Origin: Gemmatimonadota bacterium
Lineage (GTDB): Bacteria; Gemmatimonadota; Gemmatimonadetes; Palauibacterales; Palauibacteraceae
DNA length: 64,000 nt
Direction of reading: 5' to 3'
Assembly (NCBI GenBank): GCA_965116475.1
Contig: OZ220691.1
Coordinates: 2,976,001-3,040,000 of the forward strand
Under the pieces are notes generated by a model. It did not search any database. It was not told the DNA's origin and saw nothing but the letters and a program-made list of their open reading frames with translations. The position numbers were made by a program, and so were the translations under genes. Positions 61,701 through 64,000 of the stretch are shown in pieces. Within the stretch, counting starts at the first letter, position 1. Every line of letters begins with the position of its first letter.

Positions 61701-63360
61701 GGGGGACATCCTCGTCGGGAAGATCACGCCGAAGGGGGAGACCGAGCTTTCGCCCGAGGAGAAGCTGCTGACGGCGATCTTCGGGGAGAAGGCGAAGGAT
61801 GTGAAGGACAGTTCGCTCCGCGTCCCTCCCGGCGTCGAGGGGACCGTGATCGACGTCAAGATATTCTCGAGGCGAATCGACGACCCGCTGCTGGAACGGG
61901 AGCACGGCGAGCGCATCGCCGAACTGCGCGAGAGCGAGCGCGAGGAAATCGCACGGGTGATGGAAGCCCGCGATGAAGAGATCCTCGAATTGCTTCAGGG
62001 GGAGACGGTGGTTCTGTGCCTCGGCCGGGGCTCCCTCGAACCGCTGTTCGCCGAGGGCACGAAGCTGACGAAGACGAAGCTCCGGAGCATCGACCTGGGA
62101 GAGATCGACCTTTCGACGCTGAAGGTGAAGACGGAGAAGTCGAACGACCTGATCCGCCGTGTGGAGGCCGAGGCCCGCACGCGGGTGGAACGGATACGCG
62201 AGCGTACGGAAGAGGGGATCGACAAGATCTTCCAGCCCGACGAGTTGTCCCCGGGCGTCGTCCAGCTCGTGAAGGTCTACCTCGCGGAGAAGCGAAAGAT
62301 CTCGGTGGGAGACAAGATGGCCGGCCGGCACGGGAACAAGGGCATCATCGCCCGCGTGGTTCCCGAAGAGGACATGCCGGTCCTGCCCGACGGACAGTCC
62401 GTAGAAATCGTACTCAACCCGCTCGGCGTACCGAGCCGGATGAACGTCGGACAGATCCTCGAGACCACGCTGGGCTGGGCGGCCCGGGCGCTCGGCTTCG
62501 AGGCGAATACGCCCGTCTTCCAGGGAGCGACGGAGCATGAGATCGGCGCGCTGCTGAAAATCGGGGGCGCCTACTGGGCGGCTCGTACGCTCGGATCGGA
62601 CGTGGCACCGCCCGAACTGTCCTACGAGACGATTCAGACGCTCGTCAGCGAGATCCAGGCCCGGGAGGGAGACGATCGAGCTTCGGATCCGGCCAGCCTC
62701 GGACGCACGCTCGACGCCTATCTCGAGGGAGGAGGCGAACTCGCCTCGTACCTGCGGAGTCTGGCCTCCTTCGTCCTCCGGGTCGTGCGCGATGTTTCGG
62801 GCGCGACGACGGCGGCGAAGCTGCGGTCCGAGGGTTGGCCGCAGACCGCTCAGCTCTCGGGGCAGCGCAGGATCACGTCGGGAGTGGACGCGGCCGTCGT
62901 CGAGCTCATGGAGCGCGCGGGGCTGCGTTCGAACGGCAAGATGAGGCTGCGCGACGGCCGCACGGGCGAAGAGTTCGTAGCGGATATCGCGGTCGGCGAG
63001 ATCTACATGATGAAGCTCTCGCACCTCGTCGACGACAAGATCCATGCGCGCTCCATCGGTCCGTACAGCCTCGTCACCCAGCAGCCGCTGGCCGGCAAGG
63101 CGCAGTTCGGAGGGCAGCGCTTCGGCGAGATGGAGGTGTGGGCGCTGGAAGCCTACGGCGCGGCCCACACGCTGCAGGAGATGCTGACGGTCAAGTCGGA
63201 TGACGTGACGGGACGGAGCCGGGTGTACGAGGCGATCGTGAAGGGCGACAACCTGCCCAAGCCGGGGGTGCCCGAGAGCTTCAACGTGCTCGTCAAGGAA
63301 CTGCAGGCGCTGGGGCTCAGCGTGACGCTCGGCGGCGACGAGTCGGAGCCGCTGTTCTAG
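58765..63360 (+). CDS. rpoB: RNA polymerase beta subunit
   Basis: SQLSQFMDQTN, GDKMAGRHGNKG and GGQRFGEME motifs; TTG start after GGAGGT. Confidence 0.99.
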   Translation: MTVNGRPAVSFDKLARPMHMPHFLDVQREAFERLLQSKTKEEQRRDLGLERVFREIFPITDVNENFSLEFVSYSLGEPKYEVEECIERDMTYSAPLKARLRLVIFETVGKDDEKRPGDILEKEVYLGDLPLLTEQGTFVVNGAERVIVSQLHRSPGVVFEETLHPNGTRLFSSRIIPFRGSWVEFTLDIHDVIHVHIDKKKKFPATALLRAFGYGRDVDILECFCRRRHVPIDTDDDEESSTHREVTGTLVARSIANPDFEEDPEALELHGYEPVPDAPHWLANDLPGADGGEPVAALGDRLDAELVQRILDREVASVEVFEEEDAFIVRRGEMLSEEALERLVRAGVSEVEVYSSATFVPLRGTYEDLAMRRDWSSSPQLAADVVDEDTGEVLAEKGARFDSSLFAKLKGEKAREALVFTGGPRGESPLLRNTLAKDPTASEAAALHSIYSLVRPGEAPNLATARGALDRLFFNPKRYDLGRVGRHKINHRLKDVYRLLGLEIPAGDLVVLDPSDFVAIIRYLVELHEGRGYTDDIDHLGNRRVRSIGELIANQFSVGLSRMARLVRERMSINSDPEKISIDDLVNARTVSAVIQAFFGSSQLSQFMDQTNPLSELTHKRRLSALGPGGLTRERAGFEVRDVHYSHYGRMCPIETPEGPNIGLITSVTTYSRLNELGFLETPYRRVVNERVSQDEIVWLSASEEEEYAVAQANAELNPDGTFARSLVLCRRRDDYPLLPPEEIDFMDVAPDQLVAVSPALIPFLEHDDANRALMGSNMQRQAVPLLFPERPLVGTGLEGKVARDSGAVVLARRAGTVTRVTADEVEVDTGKPRRAAGEIPLARLTQYDSYRLRKFWRTNQDTAINQRPIVRVGDRVEAGDVIGDGAGTDGGSLALGRNALVAFMPWFGHNFEDAIVISEKLVKGDVYTSVHIQELELHVRDTKRGMEEITREIPNVAEEALVDLDDRGIVRIGAAVRSGDILVGKITPKGETELSPEEKLLTAIFGEKAKDVKDSSLRVPPGVEGTVIDVKIFSRRIDDPLLEREHGERIAELRESEREEIARVMEARDEEILELLQGETVVLCLGRGSLEPLFAEGTKLTKTKLRSIDLGEIDLSTLKVKTEKSNDLIRRVEAEARTRVERIRERTEEGIDKIFQPDELSPGVVQLVKVYLAEKRKISVGDKMAGRHGNKGIIARVVPEEDMPVLPDGQSVEIVLNPLGVPSRMNVGQILETTLGWAARALGFEANTPVFQGATEHEIGALLKIGGAYWAARTLGSDVAPPELSYETIQTLVSEIQAREGDDRASDPASLGRTLDAYLEGGGELASYLRSLASFVLRVVRDVSGATTAAKLRSEGWPQTAQLSGQRRITSGVDAAVVELMERAGLRSNGKMRLRDGRTGEEFVADIAVGEIYMMKLSHLVDDKIHARSIGPYSLVTQQPLAGKAQFGGQRFGEMEVWALEAYGAAHTLQEMLTVKSDDVTGRSRVYEAIVKGDNLPKPGVPESFNVLVKELQALGLSVTLGGDESEPLF

Positions 63361-63379
63361 CGAATCAAGAGGGTGACAG

Positions 63380-64000
63380 ATGATCGATTTTCCGCGAAAT
63401 CGCAGTGCCGGTTCGTCCGAGTTCGACTGGATCCAGATCAAGCTCGCCTCCCCCGAGGAGATCCGTTCCTGGAGTCACGGAGAGGTCACGAAGCCGGAGA
63501 CGATCAACTACCGGTCGTTCAAGCCGGAGCGCGACGGCCTCTTCTGCGAGCGCATTTTCGGGCCGGTCAAGGACTGGGAGTGCCACTGCGGGAAGTTCAA
63601 GCGGATCCGGTACCGCGGCCACATATGCGACAAGTGCGGGGTCGAGGTTACGCTCTCCAAGGTTCGGCGGGAGCGGATGGGGCACATCGAACTCGCGGTG
63701 CCCGTGGCCCATATCTGGTTCTTCAAGACCCTGCCATCCCAGATGGGCTACCTGCTCGGGATGAAGCTGCGGGATCTCGAGAAGGTCATCTACTACGCCG
63801 CGCACGTCGTCACCGAGCCCGGCCGGCAGGATGTCGAGTTCAAGCAGGTGCTGGAAGAGGATGAGTACTGGGATCTGACAGACAAGGCGCGCGAAGAGGG
63901 GGACACCCATTTCCGCGCCGAAATCGGGGCGGAAGGGATCCGGACGCTGCTCGGACAGCTGGACATCGACGAGCTCGCCGAGCAGCTGCGCTACGAGGTC
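63380..64000 (+). CDS. rpoC: RNA polymerase beta' subunit (5' part, truncated by the window)
   Basis: MIDFPRN...[46 protein letters not shown]. Confidence 0.98.
   Translation, partial: MIDFPRNRSAGSSEFDWIQIKLASPEEIRSWSHGEVTKPETINYRSFKPERDGLFCERIFGPVKDWECHCGKFKRIRYRGHICDKCGVEVTLSKVRRERMGHIELAVPVAHIWFFKTLPSQMGYLLGMKLRDLEKVIYYAAHVVTEPGRQDVEFKQVLEEDEYWDLTDKAREEGDTHFRAEIGAEGIRTLLGQLDIDELAEQLRYEV

Noticed and set aside
58669..63441. 1590-aa minus-strand ORF
   Set aside because: Antisense shadow of rpoB; high-GC codon bias removes stop codons in that frame and it has no motifs

Overview
High-GC, gene-dense bacterial core-chromosome segment. The gene content and order suggest Gemmatimonadota, but that is an inference only. 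I found no mobile element, CRISPR array or rRNA. From left to right it carries: a Na+/solute symporter with a small membrane partner; a run of exported proteins ending in an MntR/DtxR regulator; a sirtuin, PHP protein, IscA/ErpA, coaE, NrnA-like DHH protein, Fur/PerR and agmatinase; an ABC exporter; endonuclease III; a peptidoglycan-recycling operon (murQ-anmK-nagZ-SSS transporter); class II ribonucleotide reductase nrdJ with a dense control region; ispG, rpsU, pyk and lepA; an operon of ROK kinase, PfkB kinase, STAS/GHKL kinase, STAS/wHTH protein and Ntn acylase; nifU-mrp; an ECF sigma/anti-sigma envelope operon; mutM, purD, glmM, glmS and cysS; tRNA-Thr and tRNA-Tyr; and tuf-rpmG-secE-nusG-rplKAJL-rpoB-rpoC (partial). 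The best candidates for something new are (1) a CapK/CapS-like kinase-repressor pair embedded in a sugar-kinase operon rather than beside a defence system, (2) a MurQ-DinB-like fusion, (3) the nrdJ leader, which combines NrdR boxes, DnaA boxes and a terminator/antiterminator, and (4) a structured leader RNA upstream of an orphan 109-aa gene. Many starts in the supplied ORF track were revised by eye. All family assignments come from motif recognition, with no database search.
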